Positions 11,559 to 25,369 of a stretch of DNA of 64,000 bases are shown here, one piece after another (the stretch's first letter is position 1; each line of letters opens with the position of its first letter). Source of the stretch: Macrostomum lignano (Eukaryota); NCBI GenBank assembly GCA_002269645.1, contig NIVC01000575.1, positions 62,001 to 126,000 of the forward strand, read 5' to 3'. The notes beneath the pieces are model-generated. The model was not told the origin of the DNA, did not search any database, and saw nothing but the letters and a program-made list of their open reading frames with translations. Position numbers and translations under genes: made by a program.

Positions 11559-13544
11559 TAAGCAGTCCAAAACCGAGTTTGAGTCCGAAAGGTGCAGTGA
11601 GTATAAGGGATTAAGGGGGACTGGGACAAGAGGTGAAGAGTGAGGCACTGGGGAGTGGAGCCGGAGAGAACCTTCATAATCATATACATATTTATAAATA
11701 GTTGGAACCAGGCAGTCCCTCCCCGGTCTCCCAGCGGTGACATGTAATCAGCGAACTGTCAATCTCGGAGGCTATCAGACAAGAGCAAATACTATATATT
11801 ATATGCTAGTTCTTTGGGGAGAGAGGCACCCCTGATGATGGATAAGTAGGTTTGGGGAGCTGGCAGAAATTGAGGAGAGGAGAGAAAGGGGGAGAAAAGA
11901 GGAGATCGGGGAGAGTGAAAGATGGAGCAGGCTCGCTGCATAGATGGGAAGTGCTGCAAGGAGAAAGTGCGCATTATTATATAGAGGAGAATATCGCCCC
12001 TGAGCACTGCAGCTTGTCTCTTTACTGCACAGCCCCATCCTTGCTTGCAGCAGACACACATTAGCTATGACTTCACTTCACCTGGATTAGGGGGTAGGGG
12101 TTGATGAAGCTGAGGAGAATCTGGGAGGAAGTGATGATCTGGAATCTGAGACCAACTCGATATGGAAATTCCTTCGTTTTTCTTTATTATAAAGGCATCG
12201 CATGCAGTTAAATAATTTGATTGACATGCTTGAGAGCAGATGAAGATCTATAGATAAGGTTCAGCAAGCCAAACAAACTTACTTTTTGGTCAAGTTCGAA
12301 AGCGCTGAACACAATGTAAGGGCATGTAAGGCTTAAGGATCTTTGATCTCGCTTTGCAGCAGGAGCTTTTGGCTTTTTGGAGTTAAAAAATTTAACGACT
12401 GCCCCCTCTGTGTGCTTGTGAGCGCAGTTGCGTGTATTCGCCTGTAACGCATGCGCGCGCTGAGTTTATGGCCACCCGATCTTGGAATGGATGAGGAGGT
12501 AGGGGCCGCTAACCCCCCGCCCACCAACCCTCGTGATCCAATGGGGCGACCGCATCGGCGGCAAGATCACAGAGAAGGGGGGTCGCGCCCTCTCCTCTAC
12601 CCCTCCCCCTCCCTGGTCCGATGCCTGCCTCTCTCTCAGTCCCTGGCGCATACTGACTGTGTCGTTCGTCAGTCTGAAACCTGATTTATGTCTGCGCATG
12701 ATGGGTGTAAAACTGTGGGACTCCTATTTATAACCCCCTCTCTCTCTCTTTCTCTCTTTCCGCCCGCCGGGCCCCCACCCCTGCGCAGCCACTTGATTGA
12801 TGGTCATTATAAAAGTGACAAGAGAGTCTACCCTACCAAACACACCACACACCAGCACTGAGCCGCCTCAACAACAGCCACCAGGCGGGGCCAAGCCTGC
12901 AGCCACAGGCCCCCTTGCGCAGTTTTCTAAGAAAGTAGCGCGCAGCCACCGCTGGGCGGTGCAGTTATTCGCTATTGGGTCGCCTTACCAGCTTCCAGGA
13001 CTGGGGGTAGAGGGTCGCGGAAAGGTTTATGGTGTTATTCGTCCTTAGGGTCCAGAAGAAGGGGAGGAATAGCTGCCTGCAATGGCAGACACCGGGTGCA
13101 TGGCTGCTGTGTAAAATTCTTTAACTGTTTTAGCTTTGGCCGAAAGCTGCTACAATGCACTGCATCTCCATTTGTAAGTGTATACTCTAAGTCTGCGTAG
13201 CCTTCTGGGATTCTGGGACCTATTTTTTTACCGCGTGATGATAGTCTAGCTAAAAAATGGCTGCACAGAACGTATGCGACACTAAAAAATTTCTTCAGTA
13301 TTCGCCGCCGTCAAAAATCTTCATCATTCCAGTGCTGAGGCGGCCCAGCATCCATCTAGCCTACCGCAGACGGGCTGAGGCTTGAAGTGACTTCAGTAAA
13401 TTCATAAATAAGTAATTACTGATTTTGGGATTAAGTTAAGCAATTTAACTGACTTTGTTTTAATGGTATTTTTTATACATTTTGAACGACGTACGAGCGT
13501 GTGATTCTCGATGAATGAACCTTCAGGGTCAAAGCTTTTGTTGG

Positions 13545-13845
13545 TTATGATAAACCAGAGAGAATCAGGAACCCTCCGTGATAAACCAGTGAGAATCAGG
13601 AACCCTGCGTGATACACCAGAGAGAATCAGGAACCCTGCGTGATACACCAGAGAGAATCAGGAACCCTCCATGATAAACCAGAGAGAGAATCAGGAACCC
13701 TCCATGATAAACCAGAGAGAATCAGGAACCCTCCGTGATAAACCAGAGAGAATCAGGAACCCTCCGTGATAAACCAGAGAGAATCAGGAACCCTCCATGA
13801 TAAACCAGAGAGAATCAGGAACCCTCCATGATACACCAGAGAGAG
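13545..13845. repeat. About 30-bp minisatellite (GATAAACCAGAGAGAATCAGGAACCCTCCGT)
   Basis: Visible tandem units. Confidence 0.9.
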
Positions 13846-14397
13846 ACTCAAACAGTGCAATATTTGATCTCGTAAGATTCTTCACAGCTCTCAGTGATTT
13901 GAAAAGGAAGAAGAAACAGTCTATCCAATGGTCCCAGTGACCATCTATCCACGCAGCATCACTTATCCACTGTGCTCAAGAACGTCTTCAATAGCAGACA
14001 CTGTTTGCTCGACTTTGTGGGATTACAACCAGTGTATACTGCAGACAAATATCGCATGAAGTTTCTTTGTCGCTTGTTTTGTTTTCTTCGGCAAAATCTC
14101 ATTGCAGCATGATTTACTAGCAAAGAAAAAGTCAAATAAAGGCAAGGTTTCCGACCAAGCGGCTCCAACACCTCCCTGTCGGCAAGTGTCACGCGCCCTG
14201 GGCATACATTACCCGGGCTGTGCAACAGATTGCCGCCTCTTGTGAGCGAAGAAGTAAATCAAAATGTGTGGCGTGCCGGGCCATTCATTTTATAAAAAAT
14301 AACTCACGAAACAGGCGTGCGCAGACAGGTGCATTTGGAACTGCATGCAGACTAGCCTCACCTATAGGCTCTTAACAGCTGGAGAGCCATTGGGACT

Positions 14398-15100
<703 letters not shown>

Positions 15101-16259
15101 TCTATAAACAAATTTCCAACATAAGCACAGCACTATAAAAGTGCTATATGCTGTTAAATACCAGTGCGGATCACAGAGTGGTAAATATTGTTTTCCGCAC
15201 CAGGCCTGCCGTACAGAAGTTCTGCATTAGCCGCAGCCGCAAAGCATGCAGTGTGCGCGATTCGCCGCGCTCTCAGACCGCCGAGCTATCAATCACCGGA
15301 CTTCATCCGCGAGTTCTCCACTTCCCTCTTGCTCTCCACCACGCGGTGAGCCACTAGCAATGACAGCCGTCAAATTGTCGGCAGTTCAGCCTCCGCAGAA
15401 TGACCGCGGCCAAGTGAGGAGGCCGGCGAAGGCCTGTGAAGGGGGGGGGGGTTGGAAGGTCGTTCAGTCAAAGGAGCCGCGGCCAGGCCCCACCGGCCCA
15501 GCAAATCGGGGAGTGATTGATAGGCCAGGATAATGGGGAGACCGGCCGACTCCGAGGGACAGGGGGACTCGCAGTTCAGCCTTCTCAAATCCTCGACTCA
15601 AAAGCCGCTGGAGGCGGTGGCGGCACTGTGAAAGACACACCGCGCAACCAGAAAGAGAGAGAGAGAAAGGTTTGGCAGCTCACATGAACTACCAGCTGAT
15701 TTCTGGCAGATCGATGAATCAATGGGGCAGCGAGAGAGTGGGAGCGAGGAGGGGAGGGAGGGGAGAGCGAGAGCCCGTAAGCTTGGACAATTTCAAAACA
15801 AAATGGGGCTGCACAGCACAAAAGATTTGCATATTCACATATTTATATTTATTGCATCGCAGACTGGGGGAGGCCCGTTCAGCCCCTGCCCCAAGTGACA
15901 ATAAATTTTCCTGTCATGGCCAACTTTTTCAATGGAGCCGCCGGGTGGTCCCCGCGCTGCTGCCATCAATCACCGTGACAATCTTCTCAAAGACAGAGCG
16001 GGAGAGGAGGGGTGGAGGAAGCCGTAAAGTATGGATTATCGCCATAATTTACTGCTTACAGCAGCAGCCAAGCATAAACTAGTATGCCATTGCCATGGTC
16101 AAACTTATGGAGCTACTGATAGTAGTCTCGTTTGGAACTGCTTCAAATAGAAAGAGAGTTTCTATTTAAATCCGAATCAAAATTTTATAACCTATCAATG
16201 CTTACGCTTTTCCGGAGCCAACAAAATCCATTAATTGTATACCCAATGTAATGCAAATA

Positions 16260-16590
16260 ACCTCACTCCCGGTTCTACACCCACCTCACTCTCAGTTCTA
16301 CACCCACCTCACTCTCAGTTCTACACCCACCTCACTCCCAGTTCTACACCCACCTCACTCCCAGTTCTACACCCACCTCACTCTCAGTTCTACACTCACC
16401 TCACTCCCAGTTCTACACCCACCTCACTCTCAGTTCTGCACCCACCTCACTCCCAGTTCTACACCCACCTCACTCCCAGTTCTGCACCCACCTCACTCCC
16501 AGTTCTACACCCACCTCACTCCCAGTTTTGCACCCACCTCACTCCCAGTTCTGCACCCACCTCACTCCCAGTTCTACACCCACCTCACTC
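16260..16590. repeat. 23-bp minisatellite (CACCCACCTCACTCCCAGTTCTA)
   Basis: Visible tandem units. Confidence 0.95.
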
Positions 16591-17454
16591 ATATACTTGC
16601 ATCAATAGCATCAATAGCAGTTCACGCTGTACTGCGCTCAGACTAAAAAATGAAATGAAAAGTACAAACTTCGTGACTCGCACGACCAACAGATGGGCAA
16701 CTGACAGCAGCACCCCGACTGCCTGAGTTATTATTATTTTACGGGATGCACCTCCGATCGAGTATGCAACCAAGGGGAAAGAAGATGTTATTAACTGTGG
16801 AGGGGGATTTTCTGACCCGTTGCATGAACCCCCTACCATCTATCCAGCAGTTGCAACTACTAATCATAATAATTATCAGTGCTGGCCGCATTGACACGGA
16901 CCAGTTTTTGCCCGGGTAGAGCCTTATTACGAGCCGTATTGCCAACTGGCACGGTAATAAGAGAATAAAGGAGCAGTGTTGAGTGAGAGTGACTAGCCCA
17001 GCTGCATCACCGCCCACATGTGGCCATAATTATTGCCTAGTGGCATTATTGTCAATAGCTTGCGTGCGAACTTCTTCCCCAGCGTCCTTGGTCAATTTGC
17101 CGGACCCGCTGCTGGCAATCAGCCCGGTCCGAGTCCTGCTCCCCAACCTGCACTTGACTGCCGGAATAATCCCCATCAGAGAGCGCCGCCCACTTCTTCT
17201 GGCCATTTTTAGCACCGCCTTGTGAATGAATCAGCCACTTCTTTTGTAGAGGAAGTGCAAGTGCGGGGCACCCGTTGATTAGAGCTTCCGGTTTGAAGGA
17301 GCAGTGAAAAATGTCGTCTTGCTGCTTGTGGAGTTCGGCTTTGCTGACAGGATTCGAGACATTCAATGAGGAAGACGCTTTCTTAATATAGAAGCCGCTG
17401 CTTAAAATTTCATGCTAAGAAAGCTAAGGTTCGGGCTGGGGGAAATTAGGCATA

Positions 17455-19275
17455 GCGAAGATTCGGGTTGGGAAGATTCGGGCGGGTTGGGAAGATTATG
17501 GTTGGGAAGATTCTGGGTAGGGAAGATTCGGGTTGGAAAGATTCAGGTTGGGAAGATTCGAGTTAGGAAGATTCGGGTTGGGAAGATTCGGGTTGGGAAG
17601 ATTCAGGTTGGGAAGATTCGGGTTGGAAAGATTCGGGTTGGGAAGATTCGGTTTGGGAAGATTTAGGAAGATTCGGTTTGAGAAGATTCGGTTTGGGAGG
17701 ATTCTGGTTAGGGAAGATTCGGGTTGGAAAGATTCAGGTTGGGAAGATTCGAGTTAGGAAGATTCGGGTTAGGAAGATTCGTGTTGGGAAGATTCGGGTC
17801 GGGAAGATTCGTGTTGGGAAGATTCGGGTCGGGAAGAATTGGGTTGGGAAGAATATGATTGGGAAGATTCGGGTTGGGAAGATTCGGTTGGGAAGATTCG
17901 GTTGGGAAGATTCGGGTGGGGAAGATTCGGGTTGGGAAGAATTGGGTTGGGAAGATTATGATTGGGAAGATTCGGGTTGGGAAGATTCGGATTGGGATAT
18001 TCAGGTTGGGAAGATTCGGGTTGGGAAGATTCGGGTTGGGAAGATTCGGTTTGGGAAGATTCGGTTTGGGAAGGTTTAGGAAGATTCGGTTTGGGAGGAT
18101 TCTGGTTAGGGAAGATTCGAGTTAGGAAGATTCGGGTTGGGAAGATTCGTGTTGGGAAGATTCGGGTCGGGAAGATTCGGGTTGGGAAGATTCGGGTTGG
18201 GAAGAATTGGGTTGGGAAGAATATGATTGGGAAGATTCGGGTTGGGAAGATTCGGGTGGGGAAGATTCGGGTTGGGAAGAATTGGGTTGGGAAGATTATG
18301 ATTGGGAAGATTCGGGTTGGGAAGATTCGGGTTGGGATATTCAGGTTGGGAAGATTCGGGTTGGGAAGATTCGGGTTGGAAAGATTCGGGTTGGGAAGAT
18401 TCGGTTTGGGAAGATTCGGTTTGGGAAGGTTTAGGAAGATTCGGTTTGAGAAGATTCGGTTTGGGAGGATTCTGGTTAGGGAAGATTCGAGTTAGGAAGA
18501 TTCGGGTTGGGAAGATTCGTGTTGGGAAGATTCGGGTCGGGAAGATTCGTGTTGGGAAGATTCGGGTTGGGAAGAATTGGGTTGGGAAGAATATGATTGG
18601 GAAGATTCGGGTTGGGAAGATTCGGGTGGGGAAGATTCGGGTTGGGAAGAATTGGGTTGGGAAGATTATGATTGGGAAGATTCGGGTTGGGAAGATTCGG
18701 GTTGGGATATTCAGGTTGGGAAGATTCGGGTTGGGAAGATTCGGGTTGGAAAGATTCGGGTTGGGAAGATTCGGTTTAGGAAGATTCGGTTTGGGAAGGT
18801 TTAGGAAGATTCGGTTTGAGAAGATTCGGTTTGGGAGGATTCGGGTTGGAAAGATTCGGGTTGGGAAGATTCGGTTTGGGAAGATTCGGGTTGGGAACAT
18901 TCGAGTTAGGAAGATTCGGGTTGGGAACATTCGGGTTGAGAACATTCGGGTTGGGAACATTCGGGTTGGGAAGATTCGGGTTGGGAAGATTCGGGTTGGA
19001 AAGATTCGGGTTGGGAAGATTCGGGTTGGGAAGATTCGAGTTAGGAAGATTCGGGTTGGGAAGATTCGGGTTGGGAACATTCGGGTTGGGAACATTCGGG
19101 TTGGGAACATTCGGGTTGGGAACATTCGGGTTGGGAACATTCGGGTTGCGAACATTCGGGTTGGGAACATTCGGGTTGGGAACATTCGGGTTGGGAACAT
19201 TCGGGTTGGGAACATTCGGGTTGGGAACATTCGGGTTGGGAACATTCGGGTTGGGAACATTTGGGTTGGGAAGAT
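17455..19275 (+). repeat. 15-bp G-rich satellite (GGGTTGGGAAGATTC) with about 370-bp higher-order repeats and G-quadruplex potential
   Basis: Visible units; identical repeat ORFs are offset by 370 bp (18207 vs 18577). Confidence 0.95.
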
Positions 19276-19724
19276 CCGGTTTTAGAACACATGGGCCCCA
19301 ATCTTCGGGCTGTCACAGCTCACTAGGCCAACATCAGCAACTCCAATTTGCTATGGCATTTCCGCTTGACTTGCCAATTTTTAAAGGAGTTACCGTCTCA
19401 TCAACAACGGATATTTCTTCATCACAAGGCCGCTCCCAGCCTCCCTTCCTATTGGCTGATTAACCATTCCTATAACTACTGCATCTATCTCTGCGTAGGG
19501 AGGGAGAAATATCCTAAACCTGCGATCGAGGCGGCCTGAAGCGCAGAAAAATTTATAAATATTTGACTCAGACCGTTCTAGCTGGTACTAAGCATCAATC
19601 AAAAGCAGCAACCCACGGGCTCTAGGTGAGGAAGTCACTTCTTTTAATAAAGTTCAATTTTTCAATTCCGACCTTTCATTCACCTCACACTAAAACAGAA
19701 TGGACACGCAACCAACAACCATAA

Positions 19725-20110
19725 ACACACTGACATACTGCATTGACATTAAACAACCATAGACACTGACATACTGCATTGACATTAAACAACCATAGAC
19801 ACTGACATACTGCATTGACATTAAACAACCATAGACACACTGACATACTGCATTGACATTAAACAACCATAGACACTGACATACTGCATTGACATTAAAC
19901 AGCCATAGACACTGACATACTGCATTGACATTAAACAGCCATAGACACACTGACATACTGCATTGACATTAAACAGCCATAGACACACTGACATACTGCA
20001 TTGACATTAAACAACCATAGACACACTGACATACTGCATTGACATTAAACAACCATAGACACACTGACATACTGCATTGACATTAAACAACCATAGACAC
20101 ACTGACATAC
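19725..20110. repeat. 34/36-bp minisatellite (ACACTGACATACTGCATTGACATTAAACAACCATAG)
   Basis: Visible tandem units. Confidence 0.95.
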
Positions 20111-21094
20111 TGTTTCTGATAGCATATCTATGCTTTAGAAGTATGACTCGAAAATAGCCATTCAGTTTAATTATCTTACCCAAGTGCTCAATTCGTTGTC
20201 AAGGCACAAATTTTGGTTAGGACTCCGTCTCGTGATACTCGCTATAACGTAGCCATAGACAATATGGATTCGATACGTCTGTAGTCTATATTTAGAGACT
20301 TTTGGCCATAGACAGCAGTGCTGTGTATTGGGGTGTATAGAATCTGGGGCTTAAACTGCTTCTTGAATTAAATTTGTGCCAGCGGTCAGCGAGCAGAGGA
20401 GCTGTCTATGGCCAGGAATTAAATTCCCGAGACATGGACTTCTCAAGCTGGCATCTGGACCGGAAGGCTCTGCCCAGAGTTTTGAAAACATGAGGCCATA
20501 GATTTCCCGCAGTTCGAACTCAAATGAAATCAACTAAACTGGATCAATCGCCTTACTCAATTGGGCTTGAAAACCATGGCCTCATGTTGCTAAAAAAATC
20601 GAGTCATTTTTTGTCTCCAATCCAGGTGCTTAGCTAGAAAAGTCCATGTAACTTTTGCTCGGTATTTTTTGGTGTACAGGCACAAGACTGAAAATATCCA
20701 TAGCATGCGGTGCTTGCTGTTTGATGAGACAGATTGTAAAGTAGGATTCCTTCACTAGGATATTTTTATTTTTAACTTAATCTTACAATCGTCTTCCAGA
20801 CAATGAAGGTCACGGCGCTATTTCTGATTTTACTCGTGCTGGCCCTGAGTCAGCAGCCGGGGACCGCCAGCACCGCTGGGAGAGTTCGGCAGTCCTTCTG
20901 GGTGAGAGAGCGAATTGGACTTTGACTATTTTTGTGCAAGACTCTGTTTTCGATGTCTGCGTTTGCACCCTGGCGCACTCTAAGCGACATTGTCACACAA
21001 CCGGTGAGAGGCATTGCTGCCCATTCCGCCGACTCCCCTGAGCAGGCACACAAGCGCGCGGATACGTACGCAGTCATACGCACAGGCACTCACA

Positions 21095-21300
21095 CAGGAG
21101 TGTACAGCGGCCCTAACTTTATTTATCGTTAGGCATGTACACTTCACTGCGCCTTGGGGGGTTGGCCATCAGGAGCGTTAATTGCACGAGCAGAGCCAAG
21201 CCGACATTCCAATTCAGCCCCAAATTAATGTGACTGCACTTAGAATCGAGCCTGGGCCACTGGCACATCGGAGGGCCGCGCCAGACCACTGGGCTACGGT
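21095..21300 (-). mobile_element. Putative tRNA-derived SINE (related to 3345-3530)
   Basis: Minus strand has A-box TAGCCCAGTGG, B-box-like GGCTCGATTC, then ATTAATTTGGGGCT and the GTGTACATGCCT...AGGGCCGCTGTACAC stem shared with the 3.4-kb copy. Confidence 0.5.
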
Positions 21301-21304
21301 CTCA

Positions 21305-21772
21305 CCATAGATTACCGAACAGTCTCATCAAAGATTACCGAACAGTCATCATAGATTACCGAACAGTCTCATCAAAGATTACCGAACAGTCTCACCAAAG
21401 ATTACCGAACAGTCTCATCAAAGATTACCGAACAGTCATCATAGATTACCGAACAGTCTCATCAAAGATTACCGAACAGTCTCATCAAAGATTACCGAAC
21501 AGTCTCATCAAAGATTACCGAACAGTCATCATAGATTACCGAACAGTCTCATCAAAGATTACCGAACAGTCTCATCATAGATTACCGAACAGTCTCATCA
21601 AAGATTACCGAACAGTCTCATCAAAGATTACCGAACAGTCTCATCAAAGATTACCGAACAGCCTCATCAAAGATTACCGAACAGTCTCATCAAAGATTAC
21701 TGAACAGTCTCATCATAGATTACCGAACAGTCTCATCATAGATTACCGAACAGTCTCATCAAAGATTACCGA
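21305..21772. repeat. 23-bp minisatellite (AGATTACCGAACAGTCTCATCAA); 13 unit junctions form ATCAAAG
   Basis: Units counted by eye. Confidence 0.95.
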
Positions 21773-22309
21773 ATGATCTCTTAGACTTGAACTCCCAAAC
21801 AATAAACTTTGCACCAAATGGGAGAATATCCCCCTATCCACCACTTTTCTAATTTTGGTCTATCTTGACTTTTCCCCATTATTTCCGAACAGTCGAGTCA
21901 GGAAGGGGTGACTGAGTCAGCTCCAGAGCTCATCTCCAAATCTCATCAACTGCGCTTTTCTCATCGAAAGCAGAAATCCGAATGGAAGTATAAAGAAAGT
22001 TATTTATTGGCTGACTGAGGCTGGCTGAGGGGCCGTCTCCAGACTAGCTCTGTCTTCTTGAGCCCGCTGTTTCTTTCTGCAAGTCTAAATTTGGCTGATT
22101 GAAAGCAATGCTGCCAGATAAGTTTCAGACTCTGTCCGGCTGGCTCTCCTGCTTCTAGAAGACTGAGCGACTTGTCTTCACTTTGTTTCCGCTCTCCTCG
22201 CTTCTCTCCTCTCTGTGCTACCTGTTAATTAGTTCTGCCATTCAAGTAAATGAGCTGCGGTGATCAGAATTCAATAGGGTGGATGAAGGCTTATGCTACC
22301 AATGTCTAA

Positions 22310-22682
22310 CCTTACCTACCTGCCTACCTGCCTACCTGCCTACTTACCTGGCTACCTACCTACCTACCTACCTACCTACCTACCTACCTGGCAACCTATC
22401 TACCTACTTACCTACCTGCCTACCTACCTGCCTACCTACCTGGCTACCTATCTACCTACCTACCTACCTGGCTACCTATCTACCTACTTATCTACCTACC
22501 TACCTACCTGGCTACCTATCTACCTGCCTACCTACCTGGCTACCTATCTACCTACTTACCTACCTACTTGCCTACCTACCTACCTACCTATCTACCTACC
22601 TACCTACCTACCTAGCTACCTATCTACCTGCCTACCTACCTGGCTACCTATCTACCTACTTACCTACCTACTTACCTACCTA
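22310..22682. repeat. (CCTA)n-type degenerate microsatellite
   Basis: Visible. Confidence 0.95.
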
Positions 22683-23104
22683 CGTATTTATCCGTCCTAC
22701 TCTACAGCTCTGCATGCACTCACTTACAGTATTTTTAAGCGATATTTGGTGTATATTTTTTGCAAGTATATTAACAATATATCAATAGTTATCAATATTC
22801 AATTACTCCTATTCTAGCTGTAAACTAATTTAAGGACAACGCTTTTATTTTTATAACAGCATAAAATACTTAATCAAATCGAAAAGCTTATGTTGCACTG
22901 TTAAAACACTGTTTAGCTGTAAAAAATGTTTAATTATTGGAGAAGCTACATATAATTCTAGCTAAGATACTTATTCAATATCAATCTAAAAATGGACTAT
23001 AGAGAACTAAGAAAACGTGAAGGCATTCTTGCGGAGTCATAGTTTAGTCGTGTGAAGGAGATGGAGAAAGGGAGAGGGAGAGAGAGTAGAGAGAGGGGAA
23101 ATGG

Positions 23105-24150
23105 GGAGAGAGGGGAGCCAGGGAGAGAGGGGGAGCCAGGGAGAGAGGGGGAGCCAGGGAGAGAGGGGGAGCCAGGGAGAGAGGGGGAGCCAGGGAGAGA
23201 GGGGAGCCAGGGAGAGAGGGGGAGCCAGGGAGAGAGGGGGAGCCAGGGAGAGAGGGGGAGCCAGGGAGAGAGGGGGGCCAGGGAGAGAGGGGGAGCCAGG
23301 GAGAGAGGGGGAGCCAGGGAGAGAGGGGGAGCCAGGGAGAGGGGGGCCAGGGAGAGAGGGGGGGCCAGGGAGAGAGGGGGAGCCAGGGAGAGAGGGGGAG
23401 CCAGGGAGAGAGGGGGAGCCAGGGAGAGAGGGGGAGCCAGGGAGAGAGGGGAGCCAGGGAGAGAGGGGGAGCCAGGGAGAGAGGGGGAGCCAGGGAGAGA
23501 GGGGGAGCCAGGGAGAGAGGGGGAGCCAGGGAGAGAGGGGGAGCCAGGGAGAGAGGGGGAGCCAGGGAGAGAGGGGGAGCCAGGGAGAGAGGGGAGCCAG
23601 GGAGAGAGGGGGAGCCAGGGAGAGAGGGGGAGCCAGGGAGAGAGGGGGAGCCAGGGAGAGAGGGGGAGCCAGGGAGAGAGGGGAGCCAGGGAGAGAGGGG
23701 AGCCAGGGAGAGAGGGGGAGCCAGGGAGAGAGGGGGAGCCAGGGAGAGAGGGGGAGCCAGGGAGAGAGGGGGAGCCAGGGAGAGAGGGGGAGCCAGGGAG
23801 AGAGGGGGAGCCAGGGAGAGAGGGGGAGCCAGGGAGAGAGGGGGAGCCAGGGAGAGAGGGGAGCCAGGGAGAGAGGGGAGCCAGGGAGAGAGGGGGAGCC
23901 AGGGAGAGAGGGGGAGCCAGGGAGAGAGGGGAGCCAGGGAGAGAGGGGGAGCCAGGGAGAGAGGGGAGCCAGGGAGAGAGGGGGAGCCAGGGAGAGAGGG
24001 GGAGCCAGGGAGAGAGGGGGAGCCAGGGAGAGAGGGGGAGCCAGGGAGAGAGGGGGAGCCAGGGAGAGAGGGGAGCCAGAGAGAGAGGGGAGCCAGAGAG
24101 AGAGGGGGAGCCAGGGAGAAAGGGGGAGCCATGGAGAGAGGGGGAGCCAA
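23105..24150 (+). repeat. 17/18-bp purine-rich satellite (AGGGAGAGAGGGGGAGCC)
   Basis: Visible; source of the collagen-mimicking GEP/GER ORFs. Confidence 0.95.
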
Positions 24151-24251
24151 AGCGGGAAACACAGCAAGTTTTAGAGAGACAAAAGAAAAAAAGCGGCGGT
24201 CCCGAAGCAAGCAGTTTTAAAGTTGTTCGAAATTCGCTGTTCAGTCACTGA

Positions 24252-24508
24252 TTATGAAACGATGAACTCCAGCAGGCAGTCTCGGCAGACGCAGCCAAGG
24301 ATGCAGCAGCCGAGTTGGAACAGCGACAGCAGCTGCAGCAGATGCCGTCGCCAGACCGGGATTGGTGGCAGCACCGACTGCAGTCGCAGATGGACCGGCG
24401 GCGGAAACGACGCATGGACTACCGGTGCATCCTGCACCCAATCAGCTGCTACGGGCGATAAGCTGACCGAACAGCTGCCATTTCGGCCGATATCTGGGAC
24501 AATAACAC
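24252..24508 (-). CDS. Candidate terminal exon of the uncharacterised minus-strand gene
   Basis: Acceptor TTTTTCGAATTTCAG|GTG. VLLSQISAEMAAVRSAYRP joins VAADWVQDAP...CRDCLLEFIVS* only if one C is restored in CGCCCGTA. Confidence 0.35.
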
Positions 24509-25369
24509 CTGAAATTCGAAAAACCTAATGCGTTCCGTCAGATTTCTAATCTGACCCCTGACCCTTAAATTAATTCTAATTAAAAGAGCTCGATTTTGGT
24601 CTAATTTAACTAACTTGTTTCAAGCGGTTCGCTAGTTAAAAGTTTTGAAGAGAATTTGACGCACTTTTAATCGCGTTGCAGTGCAGCAGATCGCAGGAAG
24701 CAAGGAGGGATATTTTTAGCTACCGGCTAAAATGGAGAAACCCCGATTCACTCTGATTGGCTGGGACGTGCTATTTTTAAAAATACAAAAGGCAGGGAAT
24801 GCCCTGCTTTACTCTGATTGGCCAGAAGTTTTCTATTTTTAGAATAGAAAATGCGCTTGTAAGTGGGGAAATTCCTCTCATCTAACTACTGTTCCCCTCC
24901 TTGCTTCTCCGTTGCTCCTTAGTTTTTGAAACTGAACGCTTGATGAAAGCGGAACTTCCTGTCCATCTCAATGAAAATAAATCTTTCAAATTGCGTTCGG
25001 CCGCAATTCTGATCAAGTAAACTGAGCTAAATTGTCTTCTAACTGCTTGCCTTACTTGATTGTTGAATATAACTTTCAATCAAACAGTCTTTCTTCTCTG
25101 ACATCTGCAAAGTGTGCAAATTTTCTGATGAGTTAATTAGTAGGGATATTTTATGGCTAGTCAGGATTCCGGCGAGGATCTTCTCAACTCAATTGTATCT
25201 TATTTGACTAACAAGCAACTTCTGTTGCCATTGCCTGAGCTTGCACTGTCTTTGTGCGTGACTCTGCCAATCTATACAGCTCAAGTGAGCTCACAGTGAC
25301 AGACGGACAGCTCTGTCACTATTTCTCGCTGAAATAAAATTAGTGACAAGATCGACGCTGTTATAGTTG

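Noticed and set aside
14040-14102. MRFCRRKQNKRQR... as a TSHZ-like (MPRRKQ) first exon of tsh
   Set aside because: Phase-compatible, but the donor (GTATAC) is poor and the resemblance is only RRKQ.
20303-20414. Perfect 14-bp inverted repeat TGGCCATAGACAGC as a MITE
   Set aside because: No target-site duplication and no second copy visible; too short to call.
23037-24251. Collagen-like GEP/GER ORFs of 350-400 aa
   Set aside because: Open in several frames on both strands because the 17/18-bp repeat lacks stops; mixed unit lengths break the Gly-X-Y register.
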